From: Pseudomonadota bacterium
Lineage (GTDB): Bacteria > Pseudomonadota > Alphaproteobacteria > Sphingomonadales > Sphingomonadaceae
Direction: 5' to 3'
NCBI GenBank assembly: GCA_023386135.1
Contig: JAEWKG010000019.1
Coordinates: 1-35,979, forward strand
DNA length: 35,979 bases
Part shown: one piece after another, positions 9,099-19,431 of the stretch
How positions within the stretch are numbered: the first letter of the stretch is position 1
How the letters are laid out: each line of letters opens with the position of its first letter
Notes under the pieces: model-generated
Told to the model about the DNA's origin: nothing
Databases searched by the model: none
The model's input: only the letters and a program-made list of their open reading frames with translations
Translations under genes and position numbers: made by a program

Positions 9099-11135
9099 AT
9101 GACCGATCCGATCTCGTCCCACCGCGACGGCGAAGTGCTCGTCGTCGTTTCGAACAACCCGCCGGTGAATGCGCTCGGCCAGGCGGTGCGCGCAGGGTTG
9201 AAGCGCGAAATCGAGGCCGGCCTTGCCGACGGCGGGGTCAAGGCGATCGTGATCCGCTGCGACGGGCGCACGTTCTTCGCCGGCGCGGACATCACTGAAT
9301 TCGGCAAACCGCCGCAAGGACCGAGCCTGCCCGAAACGCTCGACGCGATGGAAGCGAGCGACAAGCCGGTGGTCGCAGCGATCCACGGCACCGCGCTCGG
9401 CGGCGGTTGCGAGGTCGCGCTCGCGTGCCACTACCGCGTCGCGGCGCATGATGCGAAGCTCGGCCTGCCCGAGGTCAAGCTCGGTCTGATCCCGGGGGCC
9501 GCGGGCACCCAGCGCATGCCGCGGCTGGTCGGCGCCGAGGCGGCGCTGCCGCTGGTGGTGGGTGGCGATCCGATCTCGGCTGAGAAGGCCAAGGCGATCG
9601 GCCTCGTCGACCAGCTCGTCTGCGTTGACACGCTGGAACGCGACGCGGTCGCCTTCGCGCGCACCAAGATCGGCCAGCCGGTCCCGCGCGCCTCGGAAGG
9701 CACCAAGAACCAGGACGGGGTGAAAAATCCCGCGCTGTTCGACGATTTCCGCCGCAGCCAGGCGCGCAAAATCCGCGGCTTCGACGCCCCCAACGCGGCG
9801 ATCGAGGCGGTCAAGGCCGCCGGCGAGCTGCCCTATGCCGAAGGCGTGAAGCGCGAGCGCGAGCTGTTCATGAACCTGATGACCGGCACCCAGTCGGCCG
9901 CCATGCGTCATTATTTCTTCGCCGAACGCGCCGCGAACAAGATCGACGACGTTCCCGCCGATACCCCGCTGATCCCGATCAAGAAGGTCGGCATCATCGG
10001 CGCGGGCACGATGGGCGGCGGCATCGCGATGAACTTCCTGTCCGCCGGGATCGCGGTGACGATCCTGGAAATGCAGCAGGACGCGCTCGATCGGGGCACC
10101 AAGACCATGCGCCGCAACTACGAGAACACCGCCAAGCGCGGCCGCATGACCGACGAGGCAGTCGAGAAGGCGATGGGCCTGCTCTCGCCGACGCTCGATT
10201 ACAGCGCGCTCGCCGATTGCGACCTGATGATCGAGGCCGTGTACGAGAACATGGACGTGAAGAAGCAGGTCTTCGCCAAGCTCGACGAGGTGGTGAAACA
10301 GGGCGCAATCCTCGCCTCCAACACCAGCTATCTCAACGTGGACGAGATCGCGACCGCGACCAAGCGGCCGGGCTACGTCCTCGGGCTGCACTTCTTTTCA
10401 CCCGCCAACGTGATGAAATTACTGGAGATCGTCCGCGGCAAGGAAACCCGTGACGATGTGCTGGCGACTTGCATGAAGCTCGCCAAGACCATCGGCAAGG
10501 TCGCCGCGGTCTCGGGCGTGTGCCCGGGCTTCATCGGCAACCGCATGCTCAGCCCCCGCCAGCAGCAGGCGAACGCGCTGATCATGGAGGGCGCGAACTA
10601 CTGGGACATCGACGACGTCCTGCTCGAGTTCGGCTTCCCGATGGGCCCGTTCCAGATGGGCGACCTCGCCGGCACCGATATCGGCTGGCACCGCGATCCC
10701 ACGAAGATCGAGACGATCCGCGACGCGCTGTGCGCCAAGGGCCGGTTCGGCCAGAAGGCGGGCAAGGGCTATTACGACTACGACGAGGCGCGCAATCGCA
10801 CCCCGTCGGACGAAACCAAGGCGATTATCGCCGACTTCGCCGCCAAGGAAGGCAAGCCGCAGCGCGAAATCTCCAAGGACGAGATCCGCGAGCGGTTGCT
10901 CTACCCGATGGTCAACGAAGGCGCGACGATCCTCGACGAGAAGATGGCCCAGCGCGCGAGCGACATCGATGTGGTGTGGATCAACGGCTACGGTTGGCCG
11001 CTCTATACCGGCGGGCCGATGTTCTGGGCCGATACGATCGGTCTCAAGACCGTGGTCGAAGGCCTTGAAAAGCATGGCCTTCCGGTAAGCAACTACCTTC
11101 GCCGCAAGGCCGACGCGGGCGAGAAGTTCAACTAG
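9099..11135 (+). CDS. Bifunctional enoyl-CoA hydratase / 3-hydroxyacyl-CoA dehydrogenase (FadB/FadJ-like)
   Basis: Crotonase motifs [30 protein letters not shown]-binding GIIGAGTMG, then ASNTS and [17 protein letters not shown]. Confidence 0.95.
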   Translation: MTDPISSHRDGEVLVVVSNNPPVNALGQAVRAGLKREIEAGLADGGVKAIVIRCDGRTFFAGADITEFGKPPQGPSLPETLDAMEASDKPVVAAIHGTALGGGCEVALACHYRVAAHDAKLGLPEVKLGLIPGAAGTQRMPRLVGAEAALPLVVGGDPISAEKAKAIGLVDQLVCVDTLERDAVAFARTKIGQPVPRASEGTKNQDGVKNPALFDDFRRSQARKIRGFDAPNAAIEAVKAAGELPYAEGVKRERELFMNLMTGTQSAAMRHYFFAERAANKIDDVPADTPLIPIKKVGIIGAGTMGGGIAMNFLSAGIAVTILEMQQDALDRGTKTMRRNYENTAKRGRMTDEAVEKAMGLLSPTLDYSALADCDLMIEAVYENMDVKKQVFAKLDEVVKQGAILASNTSYLNVDEIATATKRPGYVLGLHFFSPANVMKLLEIVRGKETRDDVLATCMKLAKTIGKVAAVSGVCPGFIGNRMLSPRQQQANALIMEGANYWDIDDVLLEFGFPMGPFQMGDLAGTDIGWHRDPTKIETIRDALCAKGRFGQKAGKGYYDYDEARNRTPSDETKAIIADFAAKEGKPQREISKDEIRERLLYPMVNEGATILDEKMAQRASDIDVVWINGYGWPLYTGGPMFWADTIGLKTVVEGLEKHGLPVSNYLRRKADAGEKFN

Positions 11136-11149
11136 CGTGTCCTTTTATC

Positions 11150-11257
11150 CGTCATCCCCGCGAAAGCGGGGAGCCATCTCGGAACCGGTGCACACTTCAC
11201 AGCGGTCGTGCATCGCGACACGGCCGGAGATGGGTGCCCGCTTTCGCGGGGATGACG
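11150..11257. repeat. CGTC-type REP inverted doublet (REPIN-like), copy 1
   Basis: CGTCATCCCCGCGAAAGCGGGGAGCCATCTC (11150-11180) and its inverted partner GAGATGGGTGCCCGCTTTCGCGGGGATGACG (11227-11257). Each unit is itself a hairpin. Confidence 0.9.
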
Positions 11258-11272
11258 ATGGTCGGTGATGCG

Positions 11273-12784
11273 ATGATCGGCGACCATACTCCCGTCATCG
11301 TCGGCGTCGGCCAGGTCGTCGAGCGCATCGGCGAGGCGGAGTGGCAGGGCCGCTCCGCCGCCGACCTCGCCGCTTGGGCGGCGGAGCGCGCCATCGCAGA
11401 CGCCGGCGCGGCGCAGGACCTGAAGCCACTGATCGAGGTCGTCTCCTCGATCCGCACGTTCGAGGATTCCGGTGCAGCGCCCTCGCCGTTCGGCAAACCC
11501 GACAAGTTTCCGCTGTCGGTCGCGCGGCGGGTCGGGCTGGCGCCCAAACACGCGATCCTCGAGGCGGTAGGCGGGCAGTCACCGGTGACCGCGCTGGTCG
11601 AGATGGCGACACGCGTGGCGCGCGGCGAGATCGCGGCGGGCATGGTGTTCGGGGCGGAGGCGATCTCCAACACCCGCCACCTGTCGGCCCAAGGCGAGAC
11701 CGGCGAATGGGCCGAGCACGATGAGGGCGAGATCGAGGACCGCGGCTCGGCGCGGATGCTCACAAGGCAGGGGATCGTCCACGGCATCGTCAGCGCCCCG
11801 ATCGCCTACGCGCTGCTGGAAAACGCCCGCCGCGCGCGCTTGGGCATGAGTCGCGAGGATTATCGCGGGGCGATGGGTGAACTGTTCGCACCGTTCAGCG
11901 CGGTGGCGGCGGAGAACCCCTACTCCAGCGCGGCGAGCGACCCGCTCTCGGCGCAGGAGATCGCCACGGTCACGCCGAAGAACCGGATGATCGCCGACCC
12001 CTTTCCGCTGAAGGTCGTCGCGCGCGACCAAGTCAATATGGGCGCCGCGATGCTGGTCATGTCCGCCGCCGCCGCGCGCGACGCGGGCATCCCGGAGGAC
12101 CGCTGGGTCTACATCCACGGCGCGTCCGCAGCAGCCGAGCCCGACATCCTCGAACGCGCCGACCCAGGCGCCTACCCCGCCGCCGAAGCCGCGCTCGATG
12201 CGGCGCTGGTCACGGCGGGCAAGAGCGTCGGTGAGGTCGAGGTGCTCGATTTCTACTCGTGCTTCCCCATCGCGGTGTTTTCGACCGCCGTCGACCATCT
12301 TGGCCTTAACCAGAGCGACCCGCGCGGCCTGACCGTGACCGGCGGCCTCCCCTACTTCGGCGGCGCGGGCAACGGCTACTCCAGCCACGCCATCGCCAGC
12401 GCGGTTGAGCGCCTGCGCACCAAGCCAGGCGCCTTCGGCCTCGTCGGCGCCAACGGCGGCTTCCAGAGCAAGTACGCCGCGCTGGTCCTCTCGACCGCGC
12501 CCGCCGCGTTCCCCGGCTGGAGCGAGGCCGTCCAGCACCGCCCGGCCCCGCCCCAACTCGCCGACCTGGTCGAGGGCGACGGGACGATCGAAACCTACAC
12601 CGTAGTCTATGGTCGCGAGGGCCCGACCTACGCGGTCGTCATCGGCAGCCTGCCCGACGGCCGCCGGTTCATCGCCCGCGGCGACGATCCTGCCACCCTC
12701 GCCGCGATGGAAGCGCACGACCCGCTCCACCGCCAAGTGGCGCTTTCCAACGACGGGACACGCAACGCGTTCACACTGCGGTGA
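11273..12784 (+). CDS. Thiolase-like protein (acetyl-CoA acetyltransferase family, TLP1-type with extra C-terminal domain)
   Basis: N-terminal [41 protein letters not shown], and a C-terminal [10 protein letters not shown] domain. The ORF-track extension to 11234 is translated REP sequence. Confidence 0.85.
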   Translation: MIGDHTPVIVGVGQVVERIGEAEWQGRSAADLAAWAAERAIADAGAAQDLKPLIEVVSSIRTFEDSGAAPSPFGKPDKFPLSVARRVGLAPKHAILEAVGGQSPVTALVEMATRVARGEIAAGMVFGAEAISNTRHLSAQGETGEWAEHDEGEIEDRGSARMLTRQGIVHGIVSAPIAYALLENARRARLGMSREDYRGAMGELFAPFSAVAAENPYSSAASDPLSAQEIATVTPKNRMIADPFPLKVVARDQVNMGAAMLVMSAAAARDAGIPEDRWVYIHGASAAAEPDILERADPGAYPAAEAALDAALVTAGKSVGEVEVLDFYSCFPIAVFSTAVDHLGLNQSDPRGLTVTGGLPYFGGAGNGYSSHAIASAVERLRTKPGAFGLVGANGGFQSKYAALVLSTAPAAFPGWSEAVQHRPAPPQLADLVEGDGTIETYTVVYGREGPTYAVVIGSLPDGRRFIARGDDPATLAAMEAHDPLHRQVALSNDGTRNAFTLR

Positions 12785-12803
12785 CCGGCCTTCCACCCTC
12801 CGT

Positions 12804-12875
12804 CGTCATCCCCGCGAAAGCGGGGATCCATCTCCGGCGGCAGGAGCGGGGCCCCCGCTTTCGCGGGGGGTGACG
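12804..12875. repeat. CGTC-type REP inverted doublet, copy 2
   Basis: CGTCATCCCCGCGAAAGCGGGGATCCATCTC from 12804 and inverted CCCCCGCTTTCGCGGGGGGTGACG ending at 12875. The first 23 nt are identical to copy 1. Confidence 0.9.
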
Positions 12876-12917
12876 AGGTTGAGTGTAGAATGTAGCTTGG
12901 GCGCGAAGGAGTTCCAC

Positions 12918-14870
<1,953 letters not shown>

Positions 14871-15146
14871 GGCCAACGTGCTGCTTACCCGCGAAGGCCA
14901 ACCGCTGTTAGAGAGACGAGCCCTCCACACTTTCTCTAGCGGCCGACCAATGCCGGAGGCCGCTGCGGATCGAACGTTTACCGACCTCGTTCTGACAATT
15001 ACCAACTTTAGAGTCTATTGCATTCAAACGACTCTAGAGGACGTTTTCAATACTTCCAGGCTTGCCAAGAGTAACGAACAATTTAGGAATTCGATATAAC
15101 CTGCCCTTGATCGCATCGCCTTGGGTCATACCGAGGAGGGACGAAT

Positions 15147-17108
15147 ATGTCTTGCGTTGCGCATCACGTTCGCTGGTCATCCGCCGGGCTTTTGCCCTTG
15201 GCCGCCGTCATTCCGCTCCCATTGGCGTCGCCCGCGAGCGCACAGACATTGCAACCCGTCGTCGACGTCTGCACCGGAGTGGGCATCGACGATTCCGCGC
15301 TTCGCACGCTTCTTCAACGAACGCTGGTGCCGACCGCGCAAGGTGTCGAGAACCTGTTCGACGATCTGCTGACGGTCAATATCCTGGGAGTGCCGCTTCT
15401 GTCGCTTCCGGATGTCAACCTGGGAGTAGCGACCACCGCGTCCGATATCGCGGCTGGCAACACCGTTTCACTGCAGGTCCTCGATACCGACGGTAACGTG
15501 GTCGGTTCGGGCACCTGCAATGTGACCACCGACGGATATACCCTCAACACCCCGGCAGGCGTCGCCTTGGGCGGTAACCAGTTGACCGGCCTTGGCTCGG
15601 GAACGCCGGCGAGCGCCGCGGAGCTCGATGCGATCGCGATCGGGAACGGCGCCACCACGACCGTGGGTGCGAATGGCGCAGTAGCCATCGGCAGCGGCGC
15701 GTCGGTCACCGCGCCCAATGGCGTCTCCATCGGCGCGGGATCGGTCAACGACCGGGCGGCGCTGGCGGGCTACACCGCTTACGGCATTTCGGGACCAGCC
15801 AATTCCGCTGGATCGGTTTCGTTCGGCGCCCCGGGGATGGAGCGCCAGCTGACCAACCTGGCCCCCGGCACGGCGCCCAGCGATGCGGCTACTGTCGGCC
15901 AGGTGCAAGGCGCAGTCACCGCCGCGACCGCTGACACGGTGCGCTATGCCGATGGCAGCCACACGGCGATTGCGCTCGACGGAGCGGGCGGGACGGCGCT
16001 CACAAACGTTGCACCCGGCACGGTCGCGGCAAATTCCACCGATGCGATCAATGGCGGCCAGCTGTTCGCGACCAACCAGCAGGTGGCTACCAACACCGCC
16101 GCCATCGTGACGCTGCAGGCGGACTTGTCGGCGCTCTCGTTCGACGCGGTGAAGTATGACAGCCCCACGTTCGACAGCGTGACCTTTGCCGGCGCAGCGG
16201 GAACGACGCTGAACAACGTGGCGCCAGGTGCCGTTGCCGCCGGATCGATGCAGGCCGTGAACGGCTCGCAGCTCTACGCCACCAACCAGCAGGTCGCCGC
16301 TAATACCGCCGCCATCGGCGGGCTCGACGCCAGGACCACCCAGAACAGCGCCGATATCGCGGCGGTCGATGCCCGCGTAACGCAGAACAGCGCCGATATT
16401 TCTACCATCGGGGCGCAGGTTGCGCAGAACACGACCGACATCTCGTCCGTCTCGACGCAAGTGGCGCAGAATTCGGGCGACATTGCCGTGCTCGATGGAC
16501 GGGTGACGAACAACGCGACCGCCATCACGCAGGTCGCTGCCAGCATGACGGCGATCGATGCGCGAGTGACCAACAACACGACCCAGATCGCCGCGGTCCA
16601 GGCGCAGGTGAACAACGTGCCGGTGAAATATGTCGGCGATGCCGATGGGCTGCCGACCGTTGGTCCGACCGATACCGTGGCCTTCACCGGCGCGACGGGC
16701 GGACCCGTCCGCGTGTCCAACGTCGCGGACGCGACTGCCGGCACCGACGCGGTGAACCTCCGCCAGCTGCAGGCGTCGCTTGCGCAATTCCAGGGAGGTA
16801 TGAGCCAGGTTCTCTCCGATGCAAACGCCTATACCGACACACGTTTCGCCCAGGTCGACTTTAACCTGCGCGACCTCAGGGAGAGCGCCTTTGCCGGCAC
16901 AGCGGCGGCGATCGCCCTGGCGACGGTCCCCCAGTCGATGGAGGCGGGTAAATCGATGATCGGAGGGGCGGTTGGCCATTATCGCGGGCAGACGGCGTTC
17001 GGCTTTGGCGTCTCGACCGCGGGCGACACAGTCGCATTCAAGGCGAGCGGGACGATCGACATGAACGGAAAGGGCTCGCTCGCCATGGGTGCGGGGGTGA
17101 GCTTTTGA
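15147..17108 (+). CDS. Trimeric autotransporter adhesin (YadA/Hia family)
   Basis: Signal peptide (ASA-Q), YadA-head repeats (AIAIG, AVAIG, GVSIG), neck motifs (RQLTNLAPG..DAATVGQV; TNVAPG..DAINGGQL; SNVADAT..DAVNLRQL), coiled-coil stalk, membrane anchor ending GVSF. GAGGAGG RBS. Confidence 0.93.
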   Translation: MSCVAHHVRWSSAGLLPLAAVIPLPLASPASAQTLQPVVDVCTGVGIDDSALRTLLQRTLVPTAQGVENLFDDLLTVNILGVPLLSLPDVNLGVATTASDIAAGNTVSLQVLDTDGNVVGSGTCNVTTDGYTLNTPAGVALGGNQLTGLGSGTPASAAELDAIAIGNGATTTVGANGAVAIGSGASVTAPNGVSIGAGSVNDRAALAGYTAYGISGPANSAGSVSFGAPGMERQLTNLAPGTAPSDAATVGQVQGAVTAATADTVRYADGSHTAIALDGAGGTALTNVAPGTVAANSTDAINGGQLFATNQQVATNTAAIVTLQADLSALSFDAVKYDSPTFDSVTFAGAAGTTLNNVAPGAVAAGSMQAVNGSQLYATNQQVAANTAAIGGLDARTTQNSADIAAVDARVTQNSADISTIGAQVAQNTTDISSVSTQVAQNSGDIAVLDGRVTNNATAITQVAASMTAIDARVTNNTTQIAAVQAQVNNVPVKYVGDADGLPTVGPTDTVAFTGATGGPVRVSNVADATAGTDAVNLRQLQASLAQFQGGMSQVLSDANAYTDTRFAQVDFNLRDLRESAFAGTAAAIALATVPQSMEAGKSMIGGAVGHYRGQTAFGFGVSTAGDTVAFKASGTIDMNGKGSLAMGAGVSF

Positions 17109-17163
17109 GCGCGCCGCTCTATCGCGACGATGCTCCGCCAGCCCTCCAGCAAGCGTAGCAAGC

Positions 17164-17237
17164 GTAGGGTGCATTGAGGCCGGCCGAAATGCACCGCTCC
17201 GGCGATGGTGCATTTCGCCTTGCCCAATACCCCCTAC
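17164..17237. repeat. GTAG-type REP inverted doublet
   Basis: GTAG-GGTGCATT-N12-AATGCACC (17164-17195) and, on the minus strand, GTAG-GGGGTATT-N11-AATGCACC (17237-17207), located between convergent genes. Confidence 0.75.
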
Positions 17238-17253
17238 AGCGCGTGGCTGAGCG

Positions 17254-18084
17254 TCAGGCGGGATGCGCCCCCAGCCACTTCGCCAGATCGCCGATCACCG
17301 CGTCCTTCTCGGGCTCGTTGTAGATCTCGTGGAACAGCCCCGGATAGGTGATCACGGTCTTGTCGCTGGCGCCGATGGCATCGATCGTCGGGCGGGCGCC
17401 CGATAGCGGGACGAGCGCGTCGGCCTCGCCGTGCTGGATCAGGACCGGGACTTTCATGCCCGGTGCGCGCTCGAGGTAGGCCGGCAGCGGCGCGAACAGT
17501 TCGTGCGCGGTGCGCGCCGGTACTTTGCCGACGGTCACCAGCGGGTCGGCGGCATAGGCCTTGACCACCTCCGGATCGCGGCTGACCGCTTCGGGCGGGA
17601 GGGCGACGGTGCCCAGCCCAGGCGCGATGGCCGAGAGCAGCTGCACCACCAGCCGCTGCGCCGCCGGGGCGCTACCGCCGATCAAGGGGCCGGACAGGAT
17701 CAGGCCCGACATGTCCTCCGGCCAGCGGAGCGCGTAGCCGAACGCGACGTTGCCGCCCATCGAGTGGCCGAGCAGCTTGACGCGTCGCCCGCCGTGCCGC
17801 GCGCGAACCTCGGTGACGAACTTGTGGAAGTCCTCGATCACCCAGGCCATCCGGTCGACCAGCGCGCGCTTGCCGCCCGAGCGGCCGTGGCCCCGATGGT
17901 CGAGCGCGTAGAGCGCGTAGCCCTCCGGCACCAACCGCTCGACCAGGTTGCCGTAACGTCCGCCGTGTTCGGCATAGCCGTGCGCGATCACGATTACATC
18001 GCGCGGTTCGTTCTCAGGCAGCCATCCCTGCGCGTAAAGCTGGACCCCGCCGTGGCCGGTCAGGCGCCAATCGACGTGGCTCAC
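17254..18084 (-). CDS. Alpha/beta hydrolase, monoacylglycerol lipase/lysophospholipase-like
   Basis: HGYAEH, DHRGHGRS, nucleophile GHSMG, HGEADALV, FHEIYNEP. GTG start overlaps the ACAD stop (GTGA). Confidence 0.9.
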   Translation of the reverse strand: MSHVDWRLTGHGGVQLYAQGWLPENEPRDVIVIAHGYAEHGGRYGNLVERLVPEGYALYALDHRGHGRSGGKRALVDRMAWVIEDFHKFVTEVRARHGGRRVKLLGHSMGGNVAFGYALRWPEDMSGLILSGPLIGGSAPAAQRLVVQLLSAIAPGLGTVALPPEAVSRDPEVVKAYAADPLVTVGKVPARTAHELFAPLPAYLERAPGMKVPVLIQHGEADALVPLSGARPTIDAIGASDKTVITYPGLFHEIYNEPEKDAVIGDLAKWLGAHPA

Positions 18085-19367
18085 CCAAACTTACCCCGGT
18101 TTGGGCCTAGGTAGCCGAACAGGTACGCGCCCACCTTGCGCATCTGGATCTCCTCCGCGCCTTCGGTGATGCGGTAGCGGCGGTGGTGGCGGAAGATGTG
18201 CTCGAACGGTTTGTGCCGCGAATAGCCGATGCCGCCGTGCACCTGCATCGCCCGGTCGGCCGCCTCGCACACCAGCCGGTTCGCCCAGTAATTGCACATG
18301 CTGACTTTGTCGGAGATCGTCTTCTCGATCTCCTCGTGCGGCATGTTGTCCATCTCCCACGCGGTCTTGTAGATCAGCAGCCGTAGCATCTCGCATTGGG
18401 TCTTGAGTTCCACCAGTGGGAACTGGATCGCCTGATTGCGCGCCAGTTCCTCGCCGAACGGCTTGCGCTGGCGGGCGTACTTCACGCTCTCGTCGATGCA
18501 GTGGAGCGCCGCGCCGAGGCTCGACGCAGCCTGGCGGATGCGGTTCTGGTGGACGAAGCTCTGCGCCAGCGCGAGGCCGCGGCCCTCCTGCCCCAGCATC
18601 GCGCTCTCGGGCACCCACACGTCGGTGAAGCTGAGCCGCGGGTGATCGGTGGGCATGTTGAAGGTCCACATCCACTCCTCGATCTTCAGCCCCTCGGTGG
18701 GGTTGGGGACGAGCAGGCAGGTGATCCCGCGCGCATCGCCGGGCTCGCCGCTGGTGCGGCAGAAGGTAGCGCAGTGGGTGGCGACGTGCATCCCGGTGAT
18801 CCACATCTTCTCGCCGTCGATGCGCCATCCCGGCACGCCGTCGCGGGTCTCGCGGACAGCCCTGGTCTCCATCCAGGTGGCGTCGGAGCCGTGGTGCGGT
18901 TCGGTCAGGCCGAAGGCGACGCGGCGCTTACCCTCGAACCCGCCGAGGATGAATTCGTCCTTCTGTTCCTCGGTGCCGAAAGTCTCGAACATCGCCACGA
19001 ACGGGAAGTTGCCGACGATCGAGTGCTCGTTCTGAAGGTCGTTGTGGAGGCCCAGCCCGCGCCGCGCGAAGCGTTCGCGGATCACCGCCATCCACAGGTT
19101 GGAACCGTCCTTGCCGCCGTACTTCTTGGGCGCAGAGAAGCGCCAGTGCCCGGCCGCATCGGCCGCTCGGCGCGCCTTGCCGAGGAGCTGCTCCCACTCG
19201 TGATTGGGCAGCCCTTCGCGCTCCCAATCGGTACGCGCATCCTCGCGGCGGTGGTCGAAGAAGCGGATGTTGTCGTCGGCGGCGACCAGCGGCTCGATCT
19301 CCGCCTCGATGAAGGCGATGAGCTCGGCGTAGTAGTCTTCCAGCTCCTGCGGAATCGCAAAGTCCAT
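18081..19367 (-). CDS. Acyl-CoA dehydrogenase family protein
   Basis: FGLTEPHHGSDA, GEKMWITG, YARQRKPFG, QAIQFPL, AMQVHGGIG, RITEGAEEIQ. GGGAGAG RBS before ATG 19367. Confidence 0.93.
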   Translation of the reverse strand: MDFAIPQELEDYYAELIAFIEAEIEPLVAADDNIRFFDHRREDARTDWEREGLPNHEWEQLLGKARRAADAAGHWRFSAPKKYGGKDGSNLWMAVIRERFARRGLGLHNDLQNEHSIVGNFPFVAMFETFGTEEQKDEFILGGFEGKRRVAFGLTEPHHGSDATWMETRAVRETRDGVPGWRIDGEKMWITGMHVATHCATFCRTSGEPGDARGITCLLVPNPTEGLKIEEWMWTFNMPTDHPRLSFTDVWVPESAMLGQEGRGLALAQSFVHQNRIRQAASSLGAALHCIDESVKYARQRKPFGEELARNQAIQFPLVELKTQCEMLRLLIYKTAWEMDNMPHEEIEKTISDKVSMCNYWANRLVCEAADRAMQVHGGIGYSRHKPFEHIFRHHRRYRITEGAEEIQMRKVGAYLFGYLGPNRGKFG

Positions 19368-19431
19368 CGCCGTCTCTCCCAATTATCCGTCCTGAGAGGA
19401 AACCTATCGGCCGGGCCGGTTTCCGCAAGCG

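Noticed and set aside
11132..11551. ORFs or N-terminal extensions containing [30 protein letters not shown] (also starts at 11234 and 12609, and ORF 12628-12831)
   Set aside because: These peptides are translations of the CGTC-REP elements. Better starts exist at 11273 and 12918.
14878..15099. 73-aa ORF in the AT-rich region upstream of the adhesin
   Set aside because: No RBS, atypical codon use and no recognisable motif. It is better explained as regulatory DNA.
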